Positions 24,833 through 36,900 of a stretch of 64,000 nucleotides of DNA are shown here, in pieces; positions within the stretch are counted from its first letter, which is position 1; every line of letters begins with the position of its first letter. Origin of the DNA: Pachysolen tannophilus NRRL Y-2460. Its lineage: Eukaryota. The stretch covers positions 501,944 through 565,943 of the forward strand of contig KV454018.1 in the NCBI GenBank assembly GCA_001661245.1, given 5' to 3'. Made by a program: the position numbers and the translations under genes. Below the pieces are notes generated by a model. It worked only from the letters and a program-made list of their open reading frames with translations, was not told where the DNA came from and did not search any database.

Positions 24833-26632
24833 ATGAACAGTGGTGAAAACCATTATCAGGAAGGTATAATTGACAGTGATAGAAATTTAATTTATAAAAA
24901 GAGACATGATGTACAAAACAGTGATAATATAGTTGGTGATGATGATGAAACTAATTTTAATTCTTCCACACAGAATCTGAGGTTCATAAACGCTACCGAA
25001 ACAGAAGAAGATCTTAATCACAATTCTACGCTAACGGCATTTGATGATCTGAAACCTTCATCCTTGGTGGTGGTTTTAACTTTTCTTGCATCAATTTCTG
25101 GATTTATGTTTGGATATGATACTGGTTATATTTCATCTGCAATTGTAACTATTGGTAATGATTTAGGTAAAGAATTGACTTATGGTGAAAAAGAAATTAT
25201 GACTTCTGCTACTTCGTTAGGTGCGTTAATTTCATCTACAATAGCAGGTATAATAGCAGATCTTATTGGTAGGAGAAAAGTTATTATGGGTTCTAATTTG
25301 TTATTTATATTGGGAGCTTTATTACAATGTGGGGCTCACTCTTTGACCGCCATGATCAGTGGAAGATTTATTATGGGACTTGGCGTTGGTATTGGTTCAT
25401 TGATAGCGCCTTTATATATAAGTGAACTTGCTCCAACGAATTATAGAGGAAGGTTAGTGGTAATCAATTGTTTAGCAATAACAGGTGGCCAATTAATCGC
25501 ATATGCTGTTGGTGCTGGTATATCAAGAGTAAAGAGTGGTTGGAGAATACTTGTGGGAATATCTCTTTTTCCTTCTGTTGTACAATTAATTATGTTTTTA
25601 TTTATGCCAGATACTCCAAGATTTTTAATCATGAAAAATAGATTAGAAGAAGCTTCTTCAATTTTACAACGTATTTATAAAAGTTCAGATCCTTCTTTGA
25701 TTGGTTCAAAAGTATATGAATTATCTTTGTTGAATAGTGAAATTCCTGGAAATAGTCTGTTAACTAGAACTAAAAATGGTTTTAAAGAAATTTTCCAAGT
25801 TCCCTCAAATTTAAGAGCTTTAATCATTGGCTGTGGTTTACAATTTTTTCAACAATTCACTGGTTGGAACGCTTTGATGTATTTTTCAGCAACCATCTTT
25901 GAAACTATTGGATTTAACAATCCTACCGTTGTTTCAATATTGGTTGCTGGAACCAATTTTATATTTACTATAGTTGCTTTCTTTGTAATTGATACTATCG
26001 GCCGCCGAAGTGTGTTGATGATTGGATTGCCTTGTATGATGATGGCCTTATTATTGTGTGCAATATCTTTTCAATTTTTAGGAATTAAATTTGAAGATTC
26101 ATCAGTCGCAGTTTCAACTTACCATTCACAAGAAGGGGACTTCTCTATTTGGAATGTTGTTGTTATCATATCTATGATCATATTTGCTGCAGGATATGCC
26201 ATTGGCATTGGAAATGTTCCTTGGCAGCAAAGCGAGTTATTTCCTCAATCTGTTAGAGGAATTGGAGCTTCATGTGCTACTACTACAAATTGGATAGGTT
26301 CATTAACTATTTCAGCAACTTTTTTAACGATGTTACAAAAAATTACTCCATCTGGTACATTTCTTTTATTTGCAATTATAACTTTTATCGCAATATTTTT
26401 TGTATATTTCTGTTACCCAGAGTTAACAGGCCTAGAATTGGAAGAAGTTCAAAATGTTCTCACTGGTGGGTTCAATATTGAAAAATCAATAGAAATGTCC
26501 CGCCACCACCGCACAAATACAGGTACCCAACACCATTTTGTTGATTATGATGGGGATGAGGCTGGTATATTAATAAACTCTGTAAGTGATTATACCTCGA
26601 ATCCAAAACTACCCTCAAATGTGATTTCTTGA
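24833..26632 (+). CDS. myo-inositol transporter-family protein, tandem copy 2
   Basis: Same ITR motifs as the upstream gene. First ATG at 24833. Confidence 0.88.
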   Translation: MNSGENHYQEGIIDSDRNLIYKKRHDVQNSDNIVGDDDETNFNSSTQNLRFINATETEEDLNHNSTLTAFDDLKPSSLVVVLTFLASISGFMFGYDTGYISSAIVTIGNDLGKELTYGEKEIMTSATSLGALISSTIAGIIADLIGRRKVIMGSNLLFILGALLQCGAHSLTAMISGRFIMGLGVGIGSLIAPLYISELAPTNYRGRLVVINCLAITGGQLIAYAVGAGISRVKSGWRILVGISLFPSVVQLIMFLFMPDTPRFLIMKNRLEEASSILQRIYKSSDPSLIGSKVYELSLLNSEIPGNSLLTRTKNGFKEIFQVPSNLRALIIGCGLQFFQQFTGWNALMYFSATIFETIGFNNPTVVSILVAGTNFIFTIVAFFVIDTIGRRSVLMIGLPCMMMALLLCAISFQFLGIKFEDSSVAVSTYHSQEGDFSIWNVVVIISMIIFAAGYAIGIGNVPWQQSELFPQSVRGIGASCATTTNWIGSLTISATFLTMLQKITPSGTFLLFAIITFIAIFFVYFCYPELTGLELEEVQNVLTGGFNIEKSIEMSRHHRTNTGTQHHFVDYDGDEAGILINSVSDYTSNPKLPSNVIS

Positions 26633-26829
26633 AAAGAATTACAATATTTTAGAGTATTTTTAGGTTTTCGGGTTCTAATCGTTATGTTATTTAACGATCA
26701 ATCGTAAGTTTCTATTTACTCATTAATAAAAGCTTTTGATTAAAAAAAAAAAAAAATCCAAAAACAGTAAAAGTACAAATTAAAAACAACAAAACAAAGA
26801 AAGCATTATTATAAATACACAGTTAAACA

Positions 26830-28587
26830 TTACGGTAAGATATACTTACTCTTGTAAACCCAATCATGTCCTTCCAATTTCACTCCAAATGATTTCACTA
26901 ACTTAAACCAAGTCTCACTTCTGGAAATGTCTTTTTTTCTATTTGGTCCTTTAGTAGCCCAAAATTTGGCTGACTCCACCATCGCCTCTATGAATCCTAA
27001 AGCAGCAGATTTCTCAATGAATTTGATCCCATAATTCTCGTCTCTTTCTGTTCCCCATCCATTTATATATGATTTTCCGACTTCAAATAATGTTGATGAT
27101 AATGGTTCTAGTGGTTTCTGAGGAAAATCCTGAGTTGTCAATGTGGAAGGATCTACTTCAAATTCAAAATCTTTTGATTCGGAGTCTACATCCACACCTT
27201 TGCAAAGCCAAGAAAAAGATACCTTTTCGTTCCTTCTTACGCCATACCCGTATCTCAAAGATAGTCCATACAATAACATTGCATCTTTATTTCCCTGATT
27301 TGCGGCGAGTTTTAACTGATAAGATGCTTCTTCAGCATTACCTTGCTTTTTCAAAGAAATTGCCAACGACACTCTCTGTTCAGGGGTTATAGTCTTTTCA
27401 AGATTTGAATGATATTGAAGTTCCTTTTGGAAAGAATTTGGGTTATGATGAATTCCGCTAGAACAAGAAAAAGAAGAAGATAATGGTGACAATGGTGACA
27501 CCAAAGAATGGTTTATTTTTGGTTTGTAATTGGAAGTTGAACTTGGTACTGTCCCGGATAACAGCAGACTATCTGACCTTTTATGACTTTTATAATCGTA
27601 GAAATCAAATTCATTATTACCATTAATTAATTCAGTTGGATTAGAGAGTGAATGATAATGACTTGGTGTTCTTCTCAGAACATCGGTGGAAGTTTCGAGG
27701 TACGGCTGAAACTCCAAGTTATTCAATGTAGGAAATCTTGATGATAATGGGGATATTTCCGGACCAAAAGAAGGATCATTTTTAGCAATTTGAGGTATAC
27801 TATTGCTGCTTCTACTACCATTAAGAGGGAAAGGACGACTGCGGCTAAGTGAACTGGTGGACCAATATGGAGTAACGGGTGAATTTTTTTCATTTTCAAA
27901 ATCATCAAATGATTCAGTCTGTGATGACAGATACATGCAATTTTTGTTAGTAGATATAATACTTGAAGAGTTAGATTCTTCAATACATGAAGTAAAAGAT
28001 TCTGATGAAACTGATTCTTGTTCTGTTGGTCTATATTTTGGTTTGATGAATCTTCGTTGTAAAGAAGGAAACTTATCTGCGGAAGCATAATTTTGAATGA
28101 TAGGTTTCCGTGTTGTTTCCTTTTTCTTTTCTTTTTGATCTGGTGTCTTATCTAAAGATGAAGTTGAAATAATTGTTTCTAAAGGTAAGGCTGGTAATTC
28201 TTTATCATTAGGACTTTTCTTGGTTCGTATATTTTCATATCCTTGTCTATTATTGTTTGCTGATTCGTTAACTTTCTTCCAGTCAATTTCTTTTTCTATT
28301 TCATCCAATCCTAAATGGTCTAATAATCTCCCTGTAGTAGAAACTGATTCTATAGAAACCATACTAAATCTTTTATCCAAGACATTTGAACCATCTAAAA
28401 TATCACAATGTTCTCCCAGTTGTAATTTTTTTCTCAATTCTAACTTCTCCAATGGTGATACTGTCAAGACATCGTTATTTCCTGATAAAATTGGTTTTAC
28501 AGAAATTTGTAAATTATTGTTATTGTTATCCTCAGTAGTAGGGCTGAACCCATACCCAGTTGTAACCCGATATTTTGTTATAGGCAT
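26830..28587 (-). CDS. DSF2: Dsf2/Nif1-like Sel1-repeat protein
   Basis: Ser-rich N-terminus. C-terminal TPEQRVSLAISL...EEASYQLKLAA..GNKDAMLLYGLSLRYGYG..., LFEVGKSYINGWG and DWVYKSKY end are typical of Dsf2/Nif1. Confidence 0.75.
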   Translation of the reverse strand: MPITKYRVTTGYGFSPTTEDNNNNNLQISVKPILSGNNDVLTVSPLEKLELRKKLQLGEHCDILDGSNVLDKRFSMVSIESVSTTGRLLDHLGLDEIEKEIDWKKVNESANNNRQGYENIRTKKSPNDKELPALPLETIISTSSLDKTPDQKEKKKETTRKPIIQNYASADKFPSLQRRFIKPKYRPTEQESVSSESFTSCIEESNSSSIISTNKNCMYLSSQTESFDDFENEKNSPVTPYWSTSSLSRSRPFPLNGSRSSNSIPQIAKNDPSFGPEISPLSSRFPTLNNLEFQPYLETSTDVLRRTPSHYHSLSNPTELINGNNEFDFYDYKSHKRSDSLLLSGTVPSSTSNYKPKINHSLVSPLSPLSSSFSCSSGIHHNPNSFQKELQYHSNLEKTITPEQRVSLAISLKKQGNAEEASYQLKLAANQGNKDAMLLYGLSLRYGYGVRRNEKVSFSWLCKGVDVDSESKDFEFEVDPSTLTTQDFPQKPLEPLSSTLFEVGKSYINGWGTERDENYGIKFIEKSAALGFIEAMVESAKFWATKGPNRKKDISRSETWFKLVKSFGVKLEGHDWVYKSKYILP

Positions 28588-29446
28588 ATTAATTTTTTTT
28601 TTTACTTTCAATAAAATACATGTAAAAAAATTTCGCTTTTCCTTACTTCAAAGTTTCTTTACTCTAATACATTTGTGATATATATCATAATCTTAAACCA
28701 ACAACAACAATAACAATAACAAGATATATTTTCTTATTATAACTTTGGTGAGTTCTAATTTTATCACACTGCTGTTTTTGTTTTGATGATCTTCTCTTTC
28801 CAAGACGCGAAAATATACTTCTAACTTGAACGTGCACTACTCTGTCCGAATTAGGAAATTTTTATTTTTTAAACTAGTTGATGATGATATCATATAATAT
28901 TTAACCCATAACCCATAAACTATAACCCATCGACCGGTAATCTACAAAGTATTCATCCAATCAAGTAATTAAAACTTCGATTAATAATATCCCTTTGGTG
29001 AAAAACAAATAACTATCCAAAAAAAAAAATTAAAATAAAATAAAATAAATATATAAAAACTTGATGATCTAATCCGATAAAATAATATATATAAGAAAAA
29101 CTAAAACTCAAAAAGAGGAAAAATTCATATAAACTTCCAAACTAGAGCTAAACTTATTAACAAAATTAGCAAAGCAAAAGCAAAATAAAATAAAAGCATG
29201 GTATCTCTAGTTTTTTGACTTCTATAGGTTAAATTCTTCTTTTTGGTAATTTTTTAAGACTTTTCTTTTTTTTTGTTTTAGGAAAAAAAATCAAAACCAT
29301 GACTTTTCTCTCTTTTAGCTGGAAAAAACACATGAAACGCGAAAAAGAAAAAAGAAAAAAGAAAAAAAAAATGACTAAAAAACCAAAAACCTACCAACCA
29401 TCAATAGTTTAATACTGAAGCATATAATATAAAAATCAAAATCAAA

Positions 29447-31783
29447 TTATGATTTTGAAATAGCAGCTGTATAATAAGAACCAAAAACATTCCAGTGAAA
29501 ATTAACTAGAGTTGAAAGTCTTAAACCTAATGCATGTAATTCTTCTAAAGTGCCTAATTTCTTATTTTGACTTTTATTGTCAGCAGAATTGGTTGAATCA
29601 GTACTAGAAGTAGTTGAAGTTGCGGTTAAACATTTCTTATTAATATTGACTGACCTTAAAACACTACCTATATTTGAACTACCACCACTTACAGGTATTG
29701 GAATATCATTAGGTGAAATTTCTTTTGTATTCGAATTACTTGAATCAGTGTTTTCATTGACAATAACAGCTAACTGATCAAATATTCTTTGTTCCATTAA
29801 TCCATAAACTTCAGATGAAGGTTGTGTTTGTACTATTAACCAGTTGAAACCAAAATCAACTAAGCTTTCAGGCGGTGTAATAAAATCTTGTGATATTGAT
29901 GAAATTGAAGGTTTTGAAGGATCATTACAAGCTCTCTTAGCCAACTGCAAAGCAAGCGATGAAACGTTTCTGGTCCATTTTACATTTCCGTTTTCATCAG
30001 TAACAATTGCTAGTATTTCTCTTTTCAATGACTCTATATTTTCTTTAGAAATTGCCTTAGCCCTATATGAAGCTGATTTTGAATATTGAAATAACATTTG
30101 TTTGTATAATACAATACACAACTGCAAACAAACTAATTGTCTAATATCTGCTCTTAATAACACTAATCTTGCATGATCAAATGCCAATGATGATGGGAAT
30201 GATGTTACCATGTTACGACAGGATAACAACTTTAAAATGGAAACTGTACAAATATTTTTCAACTTCACTGTCTTTTCTTTTTTAGATTCATGCAGAGTAC
30301 AAAACCAGGCTATTGAATCAGATATATCCATCTTACAATGACTAATCATTTGGCTGAAATAATCTCTTTCAAATTCAACTGCTGTTTCAACCAATACTGG
30401 TCTTAAAGTTCTTATTTGGTGGTTAGCAACATCAAGTTTCATTGCTTCTAATATTGCAAATATCATTCTTAACCCATCAACCAATTTATCAACTGAACCT
30501 TCTTCTTGGGCCGCTACAAATTTTGATGTCATTTCGTCTACCCAAGAGTCTCTCATTGGAGCACAGTGTGATTTGAAAACTTCGGATAACCATTTGGCCA
30601 AAGAAACAAAATCAAATGCAAAATTTTTTAACTGTTGTACTAATAAATCATCATCCATGATATCATAAACTGCAGCTCTGTTTTTTGATGGAAGTAAACT
30701 TATTAAAATTTCTCTTAAAGTTGTAAATAAAATTGGTAATCTTGAAACAGATGTATTAAATTGTCTTTTTAATACATATTGTTCACATTCTTTCTTTATA
30801 TCATCCCAATATTTATCAACCATCATTTTCTTCTTACGTCCTCTTTCACCATCTAAATTTGGTCTAAATTGTAATTGTGGATCAAATAATATGTCATGTC
30901 TAAGTTGTGGGTTTTTTAAGATTTCATGTAAATCTATTTCTCTTAAACTTTGTAAATTAACTGGTGGCAATTGATGAGCTTGTGATGATTGTTGGAATGA
31001 TAACAACTTTGTTGGCTGTAATCCTTCTTTTGATGATGAAACGCATGATATATTTGGGAAAAAAGGTTGTTGTTGCGAAAACACTGTTGCCATCGATGGA
31101 ACTGCATTTACAACTGTTTGACTTGGCATTGTTAATTTATGACGACGATTTGAAGCATAAAAAATATTTGGTAACGATCTTGACCGGAAACGTCTCAAAT
31201 TCATTCTTCTAGTTTCATGATCATCTTGTTCTTTCTTTGATGAAGAAGTAGTGGTTGTTGTTGAAGATAACGTTGTTGTTTGATTTTTATTTGAAGACAA
31301 AATTGAAGGAGTTACTGATGATAGTGGCGTGGTTGAATTAAAGTTTAAAGTGGACGCCAATAATTTTGCATTAAAATTTCCCTTTTCTAAGGCAAATATT
31401 CTATTTGTATCATTAGAAACAGCTTGCCCAGCTACCGGTGTATTTGACGTTGTTGTTGGAACATTTGTTTGTTTTGAATGAGAAGCAAGTTTGGCACCAG
31501 AACTTACTATAGTAGTTGAAGGACTTATTGGTGTTGGTGATAATATTGATGACGCATTCGGTGTCTGAGCCTGTGTTTGTTTTGCCGATAAAGGCACTGA
31601 TGCATCCAACCTTGCTCTCTTACTGCTTTTATTGCTTTCAGAATCCGTTGACTCATTATCACTTGAAGAAGAAGAACTTGGCCTTTTATTTGTTGAGTCA
31701 AAAAATACCGGCCTAAACTGGTCCTCTGAAAATATTTGTTCTTGATTCTCTGTTTTCTGGTTATTAATCTGAGATGAATTCAT
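29447..31783 (-). CDS. SOK1: Sok1 (Tcp11 family)
   Basis: RSRSLP, LPPVNLQSLREIDLHEILKNPQLRHDILFDPQLQFRPNLDGERGRKK, HCAPMRD, MKLDVANHQIRTLRP, FHWNVFGSYY. Confidence 0.95.
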   Translation of the reverse strand: MNSSQINNQKTENQEQIFSEDQFRPVFFDSTNKRPSSSSSSDNESTDSESNKSSKRARLDASVPLSAKQTQAQTPNASSILSPTPISPSTTIVSSGAKLASHSKQTNVPTTTSNTPVAGQAVSNDTNRIFALEKGNFNAKLLASTLNFNSTTPLSSVTPSILSSNKNQTTTLSSTTTTTSSSKKEQDDHETRRMNLRRFRSRSLPNIFYASNRRHKLTMPSQTVVNAVPSMATVFSQQQPFFPNISCVSSSKEGLQPTKLLSFQQSSQAHQLPPVNLQSLREIDLHEILKNPQLRHDILFDPQLQFRPNLDGERGRKKKMMVDKYWDDIKKECEQYVLKRQFNTSVSRLPILFTTLREILISLLPSKNRAAVYDIMDDDLLVQQLKNFAFDFVSLAKWLSEVFKSHCAPMRDSWVDEMTSKFVAAQEEGSVDKLVDGLRMIFAILEAMKLDVANHQIRTLRPVLVETAVEFERDYFSQMISHCKMDISDSIAWFCTLHESKKEKTVKLKNICTVSILKLLSCRNMVTSFPSSLAFDHARLVLLRADIRQLVCLQLCIVLYKQMLFQYSKSASYRAKAISKENIESLKREILAIVTDENGNVKWTRNVSSLALQLAKRACNDPSKPSISSISQDFITPPESLVDFGFNWLIVQTQPSSEVYGLMEQRIFDQLAVIVNENTDSSNSNTKEISPNDIPIPVSGGSSNIGSVLRSVNINKKCLTATSTTSSTDSTNSADNKSQNKKLGTLEELHALGLRLSTLVNFHWNVFGSYYTAAISKS

Positions 31784-32260
31784 TTTCCTTTTTCTTTTTT
31801 TTTTAAAAAATTATATGAAAAAAAAAAAAAAATTGATTATTAAATAAAAATTTCTCTGATCGTGATATCTAATAAGTAAAAGAGAAAGAAATAAAAAAAA
31901 TTAAATAAAAAAATGCAAACCCTTTTCTTTATACAAAAGGGTGGATGATATTAAAGCAAAAGATGAATAGTAATAGATAAGATAAAAAAAAAACCCAACC
32001 AAGAAAAAATCAAATAAACAAAATAAAAAGAAAAAAAGGAATAGTTATTAAATAAAATAAAGATAGAAAGAAACGAGAAAATGAATTAATTATATTTTAA
32101 AAAAAAAATGAGGTCCATACTAAAAAAGAAAAAAATAAAGAAAAAAAAAAAAAAAAAGAAAAATATATTGAAACTCTCAGGTAATATTTATTATATTGAC
32201 TTCCGTTAATTGTGTTGATGTACGTACATAGTAGTAGTAAGCATTTCTTTTTTTTCTTTT

Positions 32261-32316
<56 letters not shown>

Positions 32317-32780
32317 NNNNNNNNNNNNNNNNNNNNNNNNNNNNNNNNNNNNNNNNNNNNNNNNNNNNNNNNNNNNNNNNNNNNNNNNNNNNNNNNNNNN
32401 NNNNNNNNNNNNNNNNNNNNNNNNNNNNNNNNNNNNNNNNNNNNNNNNNNNNNNNNNNNNNNNNNNNNNNNNNNNNNNNNNNNNNNNNNNNNNNNNNNNN
32501 NNNNNNNNNNNNNNNNNNNNNNNNNNNNNNNNNNNNNNNNNNNNNNNNNNNNNNNNNNNNNNNNNNNNNNNNNNNNNNNNNNNNNNNNNNNNNNNNNNNN
32601 NNNNNNNNNNNNNNNNNNNNNNNNNNNNNNNNNNNNNNNNNNNNNNNNNNNNNNNNNNNNNNNNNNNNNNNNNNNNNNNNNNNNNNNNNNNNNNNNNNNN
32701 NNNNNNNNNNNNNNNNNNNNNNNNNNNNNNNNNNNNNNNNNNNNNNNNNNNNNNNNNNNNNNNNNNNNNNNNNNNNNNNN
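32317..32780. other. Assembly gap (N run) within a poly-T tract
   Basis: Run of n characters. Confidence 1.
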
Positions 32781-33014
32781 TATTATTTTTCTTTTTTTTT
32801 CCTTTTCTTTTTTTTTTCTTTTCTTTTTTTTTTTTTTTTTTTTTTTGAGATCCCAAGCACGAGTCATGACTCAACTCACTAAGTAAAATGTAGTAAAACG
32901 TAGTAAAACTTAGTTGTAGAGTCAGGCGACACCACTAGTTGAGTAGTTAAGTAGTGCCGAAGAAAGAGAAAAAGTTTAAACTTTAAAGCAAGAATCAGTG
33001 TTATTGTCACGCTA

Positions 33015-33110
33015 TGACGTGGGTAGTGGTAGCGGTTGGTGGTAGTGTAAGGACGTGGTTGTACGTGGTAGTACGTGGGTAGTACGTGAGTAGTACGTGA
33101 TAGTATGTAT
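33015..33110 (+). repeat. Degenerate tandem repeat (GTAGTACGTG-like, 10-11 bp period)
   Basis: ACGTG cores at 33053, 33063, 33073, 33084 and 33095, plus one at 33017. Confidence 0.8.
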
Positions 33111-33893
33111 AGAGTTTTAAAAGGATGACACATAAATATGACAGAATCTACTAGAATCGCTGATAGTAGGAAACAGCAAATAAAAATTGGTGAAGAAGTC
33201 AGCTAGCTAAGTGGCAAATGATAAATTTTATTTGCTTAACAAATAAAGTAATTATTATTAGAGAGAAAAAATGTATGTGTGTATGTAAGTTTCAGGATGA
33301 AAATAGAATAGAAAAATAATATCATTTAAAACAAATAAAAGAAAAAGATTTAAGATTTTTGTATGGACTGGTGAGACTTTAACCGTGGTAGAAAATTCTG
33401 AAATTTAAATTCTACAAATTCTACTTTTTGACAATTTTATGATTATTAAGATTTTCACTATCTTTTAAACAAAAAGAACATTCGAGTATTTTGAATTTAC
33501 TTGCTCCATCCAAGATAAGTATCAAGAGAAAACTAATTCATATGTACGCGTACGCGTTATTGAATCCATATCCATTTGAATTTCAATTAATAAATTATCA
33601 TTTAAAATAAATAACCTTGTTTAATTAATTGGTTTCCTAAATTTGTTTATTTTTTATTTTTATTTTTATTTCATTATTATTGTTACAAAATCAATTTCAA
33701 TTTGTTATTTTTGAAACAATCTAATTATGAAAATTATTGAGCAAACAAATATAAAAACAAGGTTCTTACACGGATTAAATTTTTTCTCAGTAAAGCATTA
33801 TAAAGCATTATCCCTTACAGCAAGAAAATAACCCAAAATTTTTTGTTTTCCAAAAAAAAGACAAAAAAAAAAAAAAATAAAGAAAAAAAGAAA

Positions 33894-33926
<33 letters not shown>

Positions 33927-36900
33927 TTGGCTTCGCTCTGCACTACTCAATAAGGCATATTCTTCCGATACAGGAATTAAAAGCCGCAGCCGTATCAAGG
34001 AATATTAACGCCGTCTTTAAGCTTAATCTTAAAAAAGATATTATGATGAAAAATGCCTTCAATAACTTTTACCGCTGACTGGTATTACAATTACCGTAGT
34101 TAAAATTTCTTTGGTATTGCTTTATAAGCAAGTACACGAAGTAATAATAGTCAGATAAAAAAGGAAAAAAAAAGAAAATTATGAAAGCAATACTGTTTCC
34201 AAGCATCTTCTGCATTTTTCATGCATGTTTAACATGTAAACAATATAATATAATCTATCTGTCAATCAGAAAAACATTTAATCGTTTTGACATTTATTTC
34301 TATCTCACAAACCATTATTACTTCAAATATAGATAGATATTCAACAAATCTTTCAACTCATACTCTCGAATTGTAAATCTATCAATCTCTAATAACTTTT
34401 GGGTTTGATATCTATCCATCTGCCGTAACATTTGCACCGTAAAAAAAGCCCTCAATTTCATTAACTAAAAAAAGAACATTACCTAAATGAAATTTTAAGA
34501 TAAAGCTAATCAAGATTAAATATTCTTGGCTTTACTCCCCCGCTATTCTCTTTCACCCCCTCTCACACTTTGATATCTCTTTAAAGCAAAAGCATTGTTT
34601 TTCAATGAACCCTAAATTACTGTGAATTTATTGTCAGTATTTCTGAAACATCGAGATAATTATAAATATTTTTGCAAAAACTTCATGGTCTAACTACTAT
34701 ATTATTTTTAGGTGAAATCCTAGCCTTATCTCGAATAAGTAAACCACTAACTAATTTTTCTTAGGTTAAACAGAAAGATAATAGATAGAAAACGGTAAAC
34801 AGAGCTAAATGACTCAATATAAGAAAATTAATTAACTTTTCAAGGTTATATAGTTTTTTTCCTTTTTTCTTCATAAACTATGGATTTTTCAAACTTCTTA
34901 CTTTCCTTTCCTCAAATTACGCTTCAAAAGGAAAGCTTTATTCATGATACCAGCCTATTCGTAATTACAACAACTCATGTTTAACATCCTCAGAAGTAAA
35001 AAGCACATAGAGCAGCAAATTGTCTCTTGTTTCGCTTTCATCAAAAAACTAGGCTGATATCTTTCCAAATTAAAAAATAAAAATTATACAGGTAATTAAT
35101 TCCATTCAACAGACTCAACTTACAGAAATATTTCATTTTTCTCCCTGTACAAATCATTATTTCCAACTTTGTCTCCAATCACGAACTGGGGGCACTCGAA
35201 AAACAATTTGAAAGTTTACATTTTCTTATCTTCATCAATGAGAACGCTAAATACATCTACACTCTAATTAGATAATTGTATGTGATTTCTAATCTACAAA
35301 GAAGTGACCTCATTGCTTTCTGCTTCCACTCAAAAGACCATTAAGCAATTTATATAGCTTTCTTGCATAACTGCCTCTACAGGATATATATAAAAGCGGT
35401 TCTTTCACATTACATACACTTTAGAGAGATAGAAAAAACGACTTTTCAGGTCAAAAAATTACATAAGAAAATCAATAAAATCGATTTCTTTTTTTGTCTT
35501 ACTTTATCTCACCATGTTAGCTTGTGATTAATAAGATTTCTGAATACTAATTTCGTCTAGTATTTTTGACTGTGATCGGGAAGGTATGTTCAAAATCAAA
35601 TTAATATTGTAAAAATATTGTAGCAATTTGTTGATTCAAAGTATTGATTCAAAACGAACCTTATCCATTCGTACTTTCTTCTTTATTCTTTACTTTCCGC
35701 TTTATCAAAGCATGTTGTTAAAGTTTAAACAGCCTAAGATAGTTATCAGTTTTCCTACCTTACCTCCAATGGTTTCCCGAAGGTTTTCAGATATTTAGAA
35801 CCAAACAAGAAGTAAAAAAAATTGCATAATTTGCATCAAGTTGTTATATACATTGTGTTCTCAGTAAGGTAATAAATTTAAAAGTTGTTTTCTATAGCAG
35901 ACATAATACCATGATCCGCGCCCTTCTTTTGCAAATTGCTGATAAGATAACACCAGAGAAAGGATACTAGCCTAACATTCACTGCAGTCCTTACAAAAAA
36001 AAGAAAATTCAGAGTTACGGTGGTTATTAAAGACGATCTTCTGTCAAAATCTCTCACATATGAAAGAATTAGGTTACAAGGCAAAGACTCTAAAGGTTGT
36101 TTGGGATAAGAGCCTCGATGAAACTTGTGCGAAGACTAAATATCATATTTATCCTTATAATGTAGGCTCTGAAATTAATGACTCCACAACAGTCTCTGCG
36201 TTTCTGGGTCTTCAAATGAGTGCTAATTTCTAAGAAATTATTTTTCGACTGCACCACAGAAAAAACAAAAGTATCTTTAAAGGTTAGGAGCCTTTGTGCT
36301 ATTTTAGATTTTTTACAGTCCATGAACTGTTTTGAAGTATTTCTTACTCTATTTTATATTCTTCACACATGAGCATCGGATACATTCCTAAAGTCTTCCA
36401 CAAAGCATAGGAATAAAAGAAAGAAGAGTTTATCTTGCTTAAAAAAAAACAAAAATCTAGCTTTAAGGCGCATTTCAAGGTAAAAAAAAGTAAATTTTCT
36501 GTTGATTGCATTGGAAATAAAGAGAACAGTTTCCAGGAAATTTAAACCTTAGGAGAAATGATGGTTTTCCAAAACCACAGGAGATCAGAATCCAATTATT
36601 AGACTTCTGATAGAACCATGCTGCAACATCTCCACGAAGAGCTTTGTACGACTTCTAAAACTGAAAGTGACAAAATAATAGTATAATTCTATTACAGGAA
36701 TTTATTTGAGTTCGAAGTTTAAGAATCCAACCAACCTGCTTTATTACAAATTTCTTGTTTCTGAGGAATACCATTTCCGATATTCAAATTAATCACAGAC
36801 AGTTTGGTCAATTGGTGTGTCGAGCTGAATTATCTCTACTTTCTTTGTGTTGACTCTTATCGTATGTAATTCGTGAATGAACTTTTCGAGTAGTTTGGAC

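Noticed and set aside
32097..32886. Poly-K/poly-F ORFs in the track
   Set aside because: Produced by poly-T tracts and the N gap.
34043..34078. ATGATGA and CTGA as a C/D snoRNA in the desert
   Set aside because: Too short, with no terminal stem or identifiable guide.
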